Below, one piece after another: positions 44,193 through 54,899 of a stretch of 64,000 nt of DNA. Positions within the stretch are counted from its first letter, which is position 1; each line of letters begins with the position of its first letter. The position numbers and the translations under genes were made by a program. Under the pieces are notes generated by a model. It saw nothing but the letters and a program-made list of their open reading frames with translations. It searched no databases and had not been told where the DNA came from. Location of the stretch: the IMG/VR virus record IMGVR_UViG_3300045988_175002; one strand, 5' to 3'. This DNA comes from a virus.

Positions 44193-45385
44193 CATTCGAT
44201 GACCGTTTTCTTTTCGACCCGAACGACGAGAATCTTTGGAAGACCGGAAGCATTGCCGACTGGTATAAAGGCAACGACATGTTCGAGATGGAGCATCCCG
44301 GATTGTTCGCGCAGACCCACCCGTGGTTCGTTGCGAACAAACTGTTCGCGGAGACAATGGTGAAAGCGAACAACGAACTCGTTTCGAGTATCCTCGGAGC
44401 ATTGTTCACTTGGAAGACATGCACGGTTGACCAACTGCGTGCGGGACTTTCCATCAAAGGCGCTCCCGCTTTCGAGCGTGACGAACCGAACCTGTATGGT
44501 GCGATGAACCGTTTGGGAATCATCAACGTCGGTTTCAGTCAGGCGGAACGATTGTACGGTCAGACCGTGAATCATGTTTGGCTTTCACCGTCAAACAGTC
44601 CACGTCTTATCAACCGTGCGATGAAATTGTACGGGATGGAAAAGTGGATGCGTGAGACGATGGCGGTTTCCTATTACGCGGGGAATCGTTTCCATGTTCG
44701 GCATAACACTTATGCGGCGCACGCGGGATTGATGTTGGCACGCGATTCACGTGTGAAATTTTCATCCGGTGATGGTTGGGGGAAATTCCGTAGCGTTGAC
44801 CCACAGGCTGTTGCCGAATCGAAAGTCGGCAAGGCTTGCGCTACCGATGTGGTGACGTTGTGCCGGAACAATGTGTTGGCGGGTATCGAAATCCAAACGT
44901 CGAACAGCGAATTGGATAAGAAGATGCAGAACTGGGCGAAGATGCTCGCCTACTCTCCGATGAAACGTCGCGGACTCATCTGCGTATGGTTGCAGATACC
45001 GAAGGCGAACGAAGGTTACGAATCGTTCAATGCGGTGATACAACGCACGCAAGGCATGACGGAAATGGTCGTGGGCAATCCGACCGTGTCGCAACGAATG
45101 GGAGTCGCGGTTTGGGATGAATGGTTCGAGCATGGAATTCCAACCGACAGGTTCGGTGAATATACGGACATGAGTGGAACACGGCGCAACATTTTCTCCG
45201 ACGAGTGGGTGCAATACACTCCGCAGGTTCGTGACGTTCGCAAAGTCAGCGAATGGGGTTGGGACGTGACGCGGGACATCATCAAAAAGGATTGGGGTTG
45301 GGACGTTTCCGGTTGGACGATGCCGGAAGCGTACCGTGGCGGTTTCTACGGTTTCATTGGAAAGGATTGCGATGGTCTCCACTGA
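44189..45385 (+). CDS. hypothetical protein (398 aa), possibly replication-relaxation-family-like
   Basis: GTG start overlapping the upstream stop. No decisive motif. Its placement between the ParA-like ATPase and the DNA translocase in a transfer module is the only functional hint. Confidence 0.3.
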   Translation: MTFDDRFLFDPNDENLWKTGSIADWYKGNDMFEMEHPGLFAQTHPWFVANKLFAETMVKANNELVSSILGALFTWKTCTVDQLRAGLSIKGAPAFERDEPNLYGAMNRLGIINVGFSQAERLYGQTVNHVWLSPSNSPRLINRAMKLYGMEKWMRETMAVSYYAGNRFHVRHNTYAAHAGLMLARDSRVKFSSGDGWGKFRSVDPQAVAESKVGKACATDVVTLCRNNVLAGIEIQTSNSELDKKMQNWAKMLAYSPMKRRGLICVWLQIPKANEGYESFNAVIQRTQGMTEMVVGNPTVSQRMGVAVWDEWFEHGIPTDRFGEYTDMSGTRRNIFSDEWVQYTPQVRDVRKVSEWGWDVTRDIIKKDWGWDVSGWTMPEAYRGGFYGFIGKDCDGLH

Positions 45386-45812
45386 GGAATCATTCCAACA
45401 GACACAGGACGCGTTGGATGTAGCAAGATTGGAACGTGCGCGGGCTTTGCAACAGGTTCAGACATTATGTGAGACGGGACGTAGACATTTGGTCATTCCG
45501 TTTCTGATGGCGAACATGCAACGTGTTCCCGCATTACGGAAGATACGACTCTGGCAGTTGGATTCGATAATGTTCAACACTTCCCGGCGGATTGCGAACA
45601 AAACAATCCGCGTCATGCGTGAAACCATCAACGATGATTCGAGTGTGAACGATGGTTACGTGACTTTGGGTTGGGCGTTGGAGTCGAAGGAGAAAACCGT
45701 CCGGATGACGACGTGGCTTCTCCAATTGTCGTTACGTGAGAGGCTTTCCACTTTCCAAAAGCCGGAAGGCTTCCCATATGCGTCGTTATATCAGCAAAGC
45801 ACAGACGACTAA
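45372..45812 (+). CDS. hypothetical protein (146 aa)
   Basis: ATG at 45372. The track ORF starts at 45336, overlapping the upstream gene. Confidence 0.4.
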   Translation: MVSTEESFQQTQDALDVARLERARALQQVQTLCETGRRHLVIPFLMANMQRVPALRKIRLWQLDSIMFNTSRRIANKTIRVMRETINDDSSVNDGYVTLGWALESKEKTVRMTTWLLQLSLRERLSTFQKPEGFPYASLYQQSTDD

Positions 45813-45829
45813 CAGAAAGAAGGTAGCGC

Positions 45830-48490
45830 ATGAGCGGCCAGAACTGGTATCAGATAACCAGAACATTGCAACAGCTTGACGCGGACGAGCAACGTTCGAA
45901 AGTGGAGAGCATTCCCGCCGAACTGGACGGATGCACACTGCTCCTCATCAAGAAGGGCGAGGAGCCGGTCAAGGAATACATTTACGGCGACGGCGAGGGA
46001 ATCATCAACGCCGGACAGTTGGCTGGATTCGACGCGAAATTGGTCGAAGACGACGACGGGCCGGTGTTGCCGGACGGTGTGAACAGTGCGGCACATCCTC
46101 TCATCCCGTTCCGTGCCCGGTTGAACTCGAAAAGCAACATGGAGAAAATGCGGACGAACTATTCCGGTGTTCGTACAAGCATCGAGAAGGTCATGCCGCC
46201 GGACAGTTACGTGAGCGTCACGCTTCGCAATCAGGGATACTTCGAGCAGATTCGTATTCGTAATTGGATTAGCGACGAATACAATGCGGTCGAGGATTCA
46301 AGCGAACTTGCTTCGACCAACACGATGTGCGCCCGTGTGAGTTTCGGTTGCCGTCAGGCTTCGCGTAACCGACAGCTTGCGCAGAAGATTGGTCAAATCA
46401 TCTGCCCGCTCATATCCAACATGTCCAGTCATGCGAGCCATCCGAAATTCGGTTTGCTGTTCGTCAGCATGCTGTTGGAAGTGTTGTCCGTGATTTGGAG
46501 TGTGTGCGGTCTTGCAAGAGGATACGTGATGGATGGGGTTTTCCCATTGTTCCATTCCGCTTGGGGTTTCGGAATCGCGCTTCCGTTGCTTGCTGTGACG
46601 TTGGTCGTGTTCCTGTTCCTCATGCTGTTGTCGTGCATTCCGTTCGTTTACATTCCGCGACCTCAGATTGCCGGTGGAGCGGTGGCGCTCATGCTTTACC
46701 TGCTGTTGGGGTTGCTTCCGCTTCCGACATTCATTCCGATTCTTTTCGTTCCGCTTCTTGTCTTCGCGTTCATTCGTTGGAAGAATTGGACGTTGTGGGA
46801 TGATATTTTCCAAACGCCACGCAGATATTATGCGATTGCGAACGACCGTGGCGCGAACGATTCCGATAATCAGACCCGTCTTGGCGTGCGAACTCATAAG
46901 GAGCGCGTGTCGGCTTATGGTGCGCAACGTACCACGTTGATTCTTTCCCCGATTATCGTAAGTTCCGTGTTCACTCCGGTCACTCAGGGAGTGGCGATGA
47001 AACAGGAGTTGCATCCGGTTCCGGAAGTATTGTCGCATGATGGCATCTTCCTTGGGAAGGATGATACGGGACGTAACTGTTATCTTGACCCGTCGCAACT
47101 GTTCGGCGGTATCGCCATCAACGGCGAGGCCGGTTCCGGTAAGACCGTGCTTACCCATGGCATCAGCCAGTGGGCCATCAGCGCACGCGAGACCACCAGT
47201 CCGAAAATCTGGGGACGCGACTCCCGTATCATCCATTTTTGGATGAAGGATGATACGGGAGTGAACGTGTTGGAACGTTATCGCAAACGTCACGGTTTCA
47301 CCAGTCCGCAACGCGTCGTCTATTTGGCCGACCCGAACAGCGTATGTTTGGACATGCTCGGCATGAAGGACGGGAATAATGCGATGGAGACTGCGGCGAG
47401 CGTGGCGAAGACCATGCGTTACTCGTTCGATGACGGTGATATTCTGAACGACTCGCAGAACATCATCACCCAAGCGTTGACCATCGGCGTGGCGGTTGAC
47501 CGTTACGTACAGGAGGAACGTAAGCATAATCCCGAATCCGCGAACAAGGATTGGGAAAGCGAGATTGTGAAACGTTGCCATCAGCTCGAACAATCGTATC
47601 CGGGTGCGGAACAGTTGCGAATGCAGCTAAGTCCAATCGGATGGGCCGTCGTCGCATTATGCGGTTCCGACGGTCAGGCCGGTTCCGCGAAAGCGTTGGG
47701 TCATGTGTGCCGCGCGTTGAGCATGGAGTTGAAGAGTGGCTACATGTTCGAGGAGATGACGTATGCCGCCCGTGCCGCCGAACAATTGTATGGCCGTCCG
47801 GACGCGGCTGGTCATACGGTTCGTTCCGACCGTGACATTCTCGCCAAGACGAACGCCTCGTTGAACAAGGTGAACCAGTTCCTTCCCATCGAACACATGT
47901 TCACGGCACGTCGTGGCAAGGTGACTTGGACGAACATTCTCGACCATGCTGGCGATTATCACATTGTGCTCGCACCTCATAATGGTTATTCGTTGCCGGA
48001 ACGTATGGATAAGATTCTCGGCGGCTGGCTCATGTACCGTTTCTGGAATACGGTGTTCGCGCATTGCAAGGATTGGGACAAGGCTGGCAAGTGGACGATG
48101 CTCGTGTGTGACGAGTTGAGCTTGTTGGCTAACGGCAATGACGGTATCATGCCCGCGTTGCGTGAGCAGGGTCGTTCGTTCGGTCTTCTTCTCGTGTTCG
48201 CCACCCAGTATCCGACCCAGTTGTCCGACGCGATGTTGGATTCGTTCATCGGCTATTCGACGTTCATCACATACAATACGACGATTCCGCGTATCGCCGA
48301 TATGACGGCGAAGCGTCTGACGAACAATGACGGGGAGGATGGTTGGCGTTCAGGTGCGGTCATGAATCTTCCACGTTATGCGGCGGCTGTTCGCACTCGA
48401 ACCCAAGAACAGTTGCAGCCGACATTCCTTGTCCATGTGAACGATTTCGATAACGGTTATCGCAATGGTAACATGGACGATGATGACTAG
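45830..48490 (+). CDS. FtsK/TraB/VirD4-superfamily conjugative DNA translocase (coupling-protein-like), 886 aa
   Basis: Three or four TM helices at residues ~200-330. Walker A GIAINGEAGSGKTV. Walker B MLVCDELSLLA. A ~190-aa soluble domain lies N-terminal to the TM region. Confidence 0.6.
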   Translation: MSGQNWYQITRTLQQLDADEQRSKVESIPAELDGCTLLLIKKGEEPVKEYIYGDGEGIINAGQLAGFDAKLVEDDDGPVLPDGVNSAAHPLIPFRARLNSKSNMEKMRTNYSGVRTSIEKVMPPDSYVSVTLRNQGYFEQIRIRNWISDEYNAVEDSSELASTNTMCARVSFGCRQASRNRQLAQKIGQIICPLISNMSSHASHPKFGLLFVSMLLEVLSVIWSVCGLARGYVMDGVFPLFHSAWGFGIALPLLAVTLVVFLFLMLLSCIPFVYIPRPQIAGGAVALMLYLLLGLLPLPTFIPILFVPLLVFAFIRWKNWTLWDDIFQTPRRYYAIANDRGANDSDNQTRLGVRTHKERVSAYGAQRTTLILSPIIVSSVFTPVTQGVAMKQELHPVPEVLSHDGIFLGKDDTGRNCYLDPSQLFGGIAINGEAGSGKTVLTHGISQWAISARETTSPKIWGRDSRIIHFWMKDDTGVNVLERYRKRHGFTSPQRVVYLADPNSVCLDMLGMKDGNNAMETAASVAKTMRYSFDDGDILNDSQNIITQALTIGVAVDRYVQEERKHNPESANKDWESEIVKRCHQLEQSYPGAEQLRMQLSPIGWAVVALCGSDGQAGSAKALGHVCRALSMELKSGYMFEEMTYAARAAEQLYGRPDAAGHTVRSDRDILAKTNASLNKVNQFLPIEHMFTARRGKVTWTNILDHAGDYHIVLAPHNGYSLPERMDKILGGWLMYRFWNTVFAHCKDWDKAGKWTMLVCDELSLLANGNDGIMPALREQGRSFGLLLVFATQYPTQLSDAMLDSFIGYSTFITYNTTIPRIADMTAKRLTNNDGEDGWRSGAVMNLPRYAAAVRTRTQEQLQPTFLVHVNDFDNGYRNGNMDDDD

Positions 48491-48517
48491 CTTTTAGCGT
48501 TCATCATATTGCTTTTC

Positions 48518-48558
48518 AAAATCCGTTCGGAACTTTCAACTTCCGGACGGATTTTTTA
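48518..48558 (+). terminator. rho-independent terminator
   Basis: The stem is aaatccgttcgga/tccggacggattt (one mismatch), followed by TTTTTT. Confidence 0.55.
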
Positions 48559-48656
48559 TACCTAAAAACCTCGCTACGACTGGAAACAACCGCGTAGGTT
48601 GATAGGATGAAAAATGCAGGAGAGTTCCGTTTGGAAAACGAAAGGGAACTCAAAAA

Positions 48657-49001
48657 ATGGGTGGAACCATTACCTTGGCTGGAAGCAGCCTTGAGAGCAC
48701 CTATCATAAGATGTTCGACACCATTTTGAGCAGTAGCGCGGGAACCGTGTTGACCAACATCGGTCTTGCCGCAGCAGTGCTTCTCGCACTCGGCCTTATC
48801 GTCGGTGGCATTTGCAAGGCATTGGGACGCCAAAACAAGCTCGTGCAGATGTTCTGCCCGAACATCGGACGTATTCTCGTCGTCCTCGCAGTCGGATTCA
48901 TTCTCGCTGGCCCGACCTTCACCATTCCGGCAATTCTTAAGTTGATTGACTGGTTCGTTGACGCGGTTGGCGGCAGTGGAAAGACCTATCTGGGAATCTG
49001 A
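48657..49001 (+). CDS. small membrane protein, VirB2/TrbC pilin-like (114 aa)
   Basis: An N-terminal leader-like segment is followed by two hydrophobic helices (IGLAAAVLLALGLIVGGI and ILVVLAVGFILAGPTF). Lies downstream of the translocase. Confidence 0.4.
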   Translation: MGGTITLAGSSLESTYHKMFDTILSSSAGTVLTNIGLAAAVLLALGLIVGGICKALGRQNKLVQMFCPNIGRILVVLAVGFILAGPTFTIPAILKLIDWFVDAVGGSGKTYLGI

Positions 49002-49106
49002 CATCCGCAGAAGGAAAACCGGAGTGGATATGCGAAGAGGACCTTTCCGGTTCTGTTCCCACTCCGGTTTTCTTTTAAGAACCTTACGTACGAAAAGAGT
49101 TGAATC

Positions 49107-49529
49107 ATGAGCGATGAGGAAGACGAAGGATACAAAGGCCCCTTGCATCCGAGGTTGACGATGGACGACATCACGGAAGTGTCCGGCCCGGAGGAAATCG
49201 AACGGAAGAACACGTTCCAGATAACCAAGAACACTGAAGCCCGTTCCAAAACCGTGTTCTCCGTTATCGTCGGCGCATTGGCGGGCTTGGCTCTTTGCCT
49301 CATATTCGCCCCGTTGCTCGGATACATGTTCAGCTCGTTCTTCGTACTGTTGGGCGGAATACTGGCTCCGTTCTTCGCAGTCGGCACCATTAGAGACCGC
49401 ACCCAACAGACACGGTGGAAGAGAACCTTGCAGGATATGAAGAGCCGCAAGATTGAAGGGCAGGTCTTCTACCCGAATTCCACTCAGCCGGAAAACATTA
49501 TCGACCTTCAAGAAATGGAAATCCGTTGA
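49107..49529 (+). CDS. hypothetical membrane protein (140 aa, two TM helices), VirB3-like position
   Basis: Helices VFSVIVGALAGLALCLIFAPLLGYMF and FFVLLGGILAPFFAVG. Confidence 0.4.
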   Translation: MSDEEDEGYKGPLHPRLTMDDITEVSGPEEIERKNTFQITKNTEARSKTVFSVIVGALAGLALCLIFAPLLGYMFSSFFVLLGGILAPFFAVGTIRDRTQQTRWKRTLQDMKSRKIEGQVFYPNSTQPENIIDLQEMEIR

Positions 49530-52500
49530 ATACAAAATATCGAGACCCAGTGAAACGGGCGGGTAGAAGGAACCTGCTCGTCATTCTGATGTTGTGCGTG
49601 GTCATGACATTGTTCGTCTTGCCGTCCAGCGTGTTCGCCGCACAGGTCAACGATTCGACCACGACGATAACATGCGCCAACGGCGGGACTGACAGTGCTA
49701 CATCAGACATCTCTAGTTGTCTTCCTTCCGGACGTTGGGGAAACTACGTTGGGGAAATCACTTCGCGTACGGAACCGTACAGTGGCAGCGATGTCGCCGG
49801 TTGGTTCTCGAACGTCAAGCAGACCATCAGCTCGCAGACCCATATCGTCCTTCCCAACATTCTGATGCAGTTGACTCAGGTCTGCTGGTCTTCCGCATTG
49901 TCCATCAGCCAGTTCGCCGCTTCGTTCGAACCGATGAAACAGGCTGGTGCGAACATCGACTCCGCAGTGTCCACCATGGTGACGAGTCTGATGGACGGCG
50001 GTATCCCCGCCACCATCGCAGTGCTCGGCATCGTGGCTTGGGTTGGCGCGGCTGGATTCCAAATCGGTACCGTCAAAGAGGCGAGCAAACGAATCGTCAT
50101 CATGGTTCTCTGCTTCGCTTCAATCACGATGCTTGGAGCTGGAGCGGCCAAAACCGGAAAGAACGCCACAGAACCGGCGACCGGAAGCCCATGGTGGGTC
50201 GTGCAGACAATCAACAACACCATCAACAAGCTTTCGGTCAACCTCGACCTTGACGGCATGGCAGACAGTGATAAAAACATGATGTCCTACCATCATGCGG
50301 CGAACGGTGCGAAAACCAATTGTCAGGATTACCTGTACTTCATGCATCAGGCGTATGACGAACAGGCGAAGTCCAACGGCAATCAGGATACAAGCAACAT
50401 CACCAAGGCCATCAACCGTATTTGGGAGGAGACCTCCCTTCGCTCGTTCGTGACCATGCAGTACGGAAACCCGCAGACCACCGGAACATCCTCGTTCCGT
50501 ATCGCGGAAAACGCCCGGCAAGGTTACTGCCACGTGTTGGAGATGAAAGCCAACACGAACACGACCATCCAGAAGGATTTGACCAACAAGGCCATGGCGT
50601 TGCACATCAGCGACCAGCGAGCCAAATGGTTGTTCTCCGTGGACGGTTGGGTAGACCCGCGTAATCCTTACTTCACCGACAAACCGTTGGAAAGGGAGAA
50701 CGCGACATATCTCAGCCGTGCGGGCGTGTTCTGGGAAACCTGTGGCACGAAACGCAATCAGGAAATCTACGCGCGAGCCGGATGGGCGACACTCATCAAC
50801 AACCTCGGTGACACAGGAACCAAGAACATCAAGAACGGCAGTACGAAAGTACGTGTCAAGATTGACGACTTGGACAATGTGAAACCGACCAACGGTGGCA
50901 AGGGCGTGATGGACGCGAAACAGAACGGCAGTGAAGACGAAACCATCCAACAGACCACTTCGGTCTGCCAGACGATTCTCAAACAGGGTTCCGTAATCTT
51001 CTCCCGTTCCACCGATATCAACAAGGAGGATGACGGAACATATAAAGACCAGCAGAACGACACCAACTGGGGCGACTCCGCTACGGTCGGATGGCGTTTC
51101 GACGTGCCGAACGTTTCCGGGACTTGGAGTGAGGCGAATCTTCGTGACGCTCAGGATGATTCCACTGTCACGGGCGGTGCGAAGAAAACCATCGACTACA
51201 TGTATGGCAACAACAACGTCGATACGTTGGGTGCTTGCGGAACACTTATCGGAGGCATCGTCAATCTCGTGGTCTGGGGATTGTTGAGCCTTGTTCTAAT
51301 ACTGACGAAGCTCATGCTGATAATGATGGCGTTGTTCCTCGTGGTCACGTTCCTTGTCCAAGCGTTCCCGATTGGCGAGAAGCCGAAGAACGCGTTGAAG
51401 AACTGGGCGACGTACACCTGCCAGTTGAGTATGGTAGGAGCGTTGTACGGTGCGCTCGGTACTCTCGCAACATTCATTTGTGGCCTGACGTTGAAGTTCA
51501 CCTCTGCCAGCAGTGGTTCGTTCACCTACCAGTTGATTGCGGGATTGAGTCCGGTGTTGGCTATCGCCGCAATCGGCATGTTCTGTTCGAAAGTGTTGAA
51601 GTGGGGTAATCCGTTCAGCATCAACGCTCTCATGGGAATGGCGGGTGGAACCGCAATGGCTTCCGGTCTTCGCAAGGGAATGCACATGATTGGACAGCAC
51701 CGTATGATTCGCGCCATGCGTGGCGGATTCCGTCGTGGCGGCAATGGTGTCGGACGTTTGTCCACGAACGGTACCGGCGCTGGCATGGCCCATAACGGAG
51801 CACGTCAAAGCGAGACCGTCCTAAGCAAGATGAGCCGCGCGCAACAGGAAGCGTTGTCCAACGGCGACAGGAACCTGCTGAACCGTAGTCAGAGCGAACT
51901 CGAAGCGATTCAATCCCATGGACGCAAGAGCAGGACGTGGGCAAGAATGGACGCCAATACGGTGAGGGGAAGTCTCGCCGGTACACGACTCCACATGGAA
52001 AAGTCCCACGACAAGTTCCGGCAACGGTTGAACACCGCCGCCTCCAAGTTCAAGGGAGCGGACAACACTGAAGCGTTCGCGCATCGTATCGCACAACGGC
52101 ATCCGGGCATGTCTCTCGACAAGGTCCAGCGTAGGGCGGAGATGATGAATCATCTGAACAATGACGGACGCAAACTTCAAAGTGCGGCAAGAGTCGCCGG
52201 AGCCGGAGCCGCAATGGCCGGTGCCGGTCTCGCTTTCGCCGCACGAGCCGCGAAGAGCGCACCGTTGCGTAACGTCGTAGCACGTGGCGCGAAGGTCGCC
52301 GCGAAAGCCGCTGTCACCGGAGCTTTGTTCTCCAATCCGATTACCGCACCGTTGGGATTGATTGCCGCTGGAAAGCTGGCCGCCGACCGTAACCTGCATC
52401 ATGGTATAGCGGTGGGTGCGGGAGCCGCGATGGATAAAATCCGCGACATCAAGAACGCCGCTCCCGGCAGTATGAGAGAACGCGCCCAGTGGCGTCGCAA

Positions 52501-53530
52501 CGTGTTGGACATGGCTAATGGTGACGCTCCGTTGTCGTCTCCGTTCTCCGGCGCCGGTGACGGTGGTTCCGACAATGGTGACAGTCCTATGCCTTCTCCG
52601 TCGGCTCCGAATCCGGATGTCCCAACCCAAACCGGTGGTGCCGGTGGCGCGTCGCCGATTCCGACTGACGGTCAGACGGAACCGATTCCGGTGGACACTC
52701 CAACTGAATCGGTTCCAGCCGACGCTCAAGGACAGGCTCCGGTGTTGACCGAACAGTCCGCGTTCAATCAGGTTCGTGAGGGAATGATGGCCGACTTCGT
52801 GGATAACCAGCACATGTCCCGAGAGAATGCGGAACAGGCTTTCCAAGAAGCCGTGGCCTCCGGCGAGGTCGATAATTCCGTCCAAGCGTATATGAGCCAG
52901 AACAATCAATCTCCTAATGAGAATGCGACAGCTCAACCCGAAACGAACGCCAACCAGCCGGTGTACAACACTGAGACAGGTGAGATTGTTGGTGAGACCC
53001 TACCCTCCGGAACGATGGACGCCGCCGTGTCCTCCGCCTCCACTTGGCAGAAGGCAACCGACAATGCGACTCCGATGCCTGAATCGGTGAACAATTCACT
53101 GCAACAGGCGTACATGCGCGAGAATCCGGTGCAACAGTCTCCGGAGGAGCATTTGCGGATGGCTCAGGAGGAATGGACTGCGACGACCGGACTGCCGGGG
53201 TCTACGATGCCGTCGGGTGCCGAACGGGCTATGAACCCGAATGGAATTCAGCCGAGTAGAAAATTCACGGTGGATTCCGGGCAGACGCAACAGCAGGGTT
53301 CGGTACAGGCGCAAGCTCCGCGACAGCAGTCTCAACCGCAGCCACAAGCTCAGGTAAGACAACAGCCGTCGGTTCGAATGCAACCGCCAACCACACCGTC
53401 ACCGACCGTCAAACAGCCAGTGGACGCCAACCCGTCAAACCTGACAGGTTTCCCCTCCGTAGGCAATCTTCGTATGAAGAAACCGCCGACCGGAGGACAG
53501 CCGACACCCAAACCGCCGTTCATGAAGTGA
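49526..53530 (+). CDS. large polytopic membrane protein (1334 aa), VirB6/TrbL-like core with Gln/Pro-rich C-terminal tail
   Basis: TTG start overlapping the upstream stop. An N-terminal signal/TM is followed by a large extracytoplasmic domain. A cluster of at least 5 TM helices spans residues ~560-690. An Ala/Gly-rich segment follows, then a C-terminal low-complexity P/Q/T-rich ~350 aa. Confidence 0.55.
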   Translation: MNTKYRDPVKRAGRRNLLVILMLCVVMTLFVLPSSVFAAQVNDSTTTITCANGGTDSATSDISSCLPSGRWGNYVGEITSRTEPYSGSDVAGWFSNVKQTISSQTHIVLPNILMQLTQVCWSSALSISQFAASFEPMKQAGANIDSAVSTMVTSLMDGGIPATIAVLGIVAWVGAAGFQIGTVKEASKRIVIMVLCFASITMLGAGAAKTGKNATEPATGSPWWVVQTINNTINKLSVNLDLDGMADSDKNMMSYHHAANGAKTNCQDYLYFMHQAYDEQAKSNGNQDTSNITKAINRIWEETSLRSFVTMQYGNPQTTGTSSFRIAENARQGYCHVLEMKANTNTTIQKDLTNKAMALHISDQRAKWLFSVDGWVDPRNPYFTDKPLERENATYLSRAGVFWETCGTKRNQEIYARAGWATLINNLGDTGTKNIKNGSTKVRVKIDDLDNVKPTNGGKGVMDAKQNGSEDETIQQTTSVCQTILKQGSVIFSRSTDINKEDDGTYKDQQNDTNWGDSATVGWRFDVPNVSGTWSEANLRDAQDDSTVTGGAKKTIDYMYGNNNVDTLGACGTLIGGIVNLVVWGLLSLVLILTKLMLIMMALFLVVTFLVQAFPIGEKPKNALKNWATYTCQLSMVGALYGALGTLATFICGLTLKFTSASSGSFTYQLIAGLSPVLAIAAIGMFCSKVLKWGNPFSINALMGMAGGTAMASGLRKGMHMIGQHRMIRAMRGGFRRGGNGVGRLSTNGTGAGMAHNGARQSETVLSKMSRAQQEALSNGDRNLLNRSQSELEAIQSHGRKSRTWARMDANTVRGSLAGTRLHMEKSHDKFRQRLNTAASKFKGADNTEAFAHRIAQRHPGMSLDKVQRRAEMMNHLNNDGRKLQSAARVAGAGAAMAGAGLAFAARAAKSAPLRNVVARGAKVAAKAAVTGALFSNPITAPLGLIAAGKLAADRNLHHGIAVGAGAAMDKIRDIKNAAPGSMRERAQWRRNVLDMANGDAPLSSPFSGAGDGGSDNGDSPMPSPSAPNPDVPTQTGGAGGASPIPTDGQTEPIPVDTPTESVPADAQGQAPVLTEQSAFNQVREGMMADFVDNQHMSRENAEQAFQEAVASGEVDNSVQAYMSQNNQSPNENATAQPETNANQPVYNTETGEIVGETLPSGTMDAAVSSASTWQKATDNATPMPESVNNSLQQAYMRENPVQQSPEEHLRMAQEEWTATTGLPGSTMPSGAERAMNPNGIQPSRKFTVDSGQTQQQGSVQAQAPRQQSQPQPQAQVRQQPSVRMQPPTTPSPTVKQPVDANPSNLTGFPSVGNLRMKKPPTGGQPTPKPPFMK

Positions 53531-53545
53531 CGTCGGTTTGACCAT

Positions 53546-53598
53546 CCGGCGTCGAATGTTTTAATCATCTTCCACAGCATTCGACGCCGGTTTCCCTT
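53546..53598 (+). terminator. rho-independent terminator
   Basis: ccggcgtcgaatg...cattcgacgccgg is a 13-bp stem, followed by TTTCCCTTTCG. Confidence 0.5.
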
Positions 53599-53633
53599 TC
53601 GAAAAACCTTCCAACGTCAAGGAGATTAGAAAA

Positions 53634-53987
53634 ATGGAAGAAGTAGGAAACCAAGCCGCTGACACTGCGGGACGAACGTTGGGTGACGTGCTCACTGTGT
53701 TCTTCTCTTGGGTGTTCACGCCGACTGGCGCAATCCTCACTTTGTTGATGATTATTATTTGCGCCGGTAGTGTCGTGTTCGCCATCTTGCAGAAAAGCAC
53801 CCGCGCGTTGATGACCGCGTTGACCATCTGCGCGTTCCTGTTGTTCGTGTGGATTATCACCGGTGTCTTGGAGGTCATGGGTTTGCCCGTGCGTGAATGG
53901 ATGAAGGATATCGCGGCCCAGATGCCTGATATCGGTTCACTGTTCATGGAGTTCCTTCGCAAACTGGTGTTCACTGCTACCGAGTAA
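53634..53987 (+). CDS. hypothetical membrane protein (117 aa, three TM helices)
   Basis: ATG with an AGGAG ribosome-binding site. Hydrophobic helices. Confidence 0.45.
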   Translation: MEEVGNQAADTAGRTLGDVLTVFFSWVFTPTGAILTLLMIIICAGSVVFAILQKSTRALMTALTICAFLLFVWIITGVLEVMGLPVREWMKDIAAQMPDIGSLFMEFLRKLVFTATE

Positions 53988-53994
53988 AAACGAA

Positions 53995-54040
53995 AGAAAG
54001 CCGTATCCGTTTCATCGCGGACGCGGCTTTCTGTTTTTCT
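53995..54040 (+). terminator. rho-independent terminator
   Basis: agaaagccg...cggctttct, followed by GTTTTTCTG. Confidence 0.45.
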
Positions 54041-54206
54041 GTTCCGCCTGTAAACCTGTACGCCGTTCCATTGTTTTACTGGAATGTTTCTCCGAACGGT
54101 TTTCCAGTTCGGCGTGCCGACTTTTCGCCGTTGTTATCATCGAAACAAAAAACATACCCCCACCATGATTCCGTCCACACCGGAAGCAGAAAAAGGAAAC
54201 CAGAAC

Positions 54207-54869
54207 ATGAGAGTCAAAAACCATACGGTCATCATCACCGTCGCAATCATCAAAGGCGGTTCAGGAAAAACAACCACATCAATGGCATTGGCCGAACTAT
54301 TGCACAAACGCGGGGAACAAGTCACAGTCTTGGACTCCGACAACACGGGCGGCGCGACCATGTGGGAAATGTACGTCGAACAGGAAAACCGCAGACGCAG
54401 ACAGGACAATCCGGACGCGAAACCATACACGCTCGGCTTCCCCGTCGTGCAAACCAACGAAGCCGTATTGAACAATCCGGAACTCATCCGCGAAAAATAT
54501 TCAGGCTGGGTCATCATCGACACCCCACCGTCCGACGCCGGAGTGGTGCAGGCGGCGATAAACGCGGGCGACGTGGTGATAATCCCATGCCAGCCATCCG
54601 TATCCGATTTGACCCACGCGGGACGCACATACGCGGCGGCACGCAACGGCATCGTCCTGTTGACACGCGTGAAGCCGAGAACGAAACTCGCCCGGAACAG
54701 CATCAGCGAACTGGATGAGGAAGGCATCGCACGGTTCGAAACCGTCATCACGGAACGTGAAGCCGTCAAGAACATGTACGGCACAACCGAAATCGACAAC
54801 AAGGAATATTCCAGCGTCGTGCAGGAACTCATCGACTATCTGTCTGAAATCAATCTGGTGGAAGAATAA
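54207..54869 (+). CDS. parA: ParA-family partition ATPase
   Basis: The N-terminal deviant Walker A IKGGSGKTT lies right after the ATG at 54207. ILDSDNTGGAT and VIIDTPPS are typical of ParA/Soj. Confidence 0.8.
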   Translation: MRVKNHTVIITVAIIKGGSGKTTTSMALAELLHKRGEQVTVLDSDNTGGATMWEMYVEQENRRRRQDNPDAKPYTLGFPVVQTNEAVLNNPELIREKYSGWVIIDTPPSDAGVVQAAINAGDVVIIPCQPSVSDLTHAGRTYAAARNGIVLLTRVKPRTKLARNSISELDEEGIARFETVITEREAVKNMYGTTEIDNKEYSSVVQELIDYLSEINLVEE

Positions 54870-54899
54870 AAACAGGAGCAGGGGAGTAAGTAGGCAATC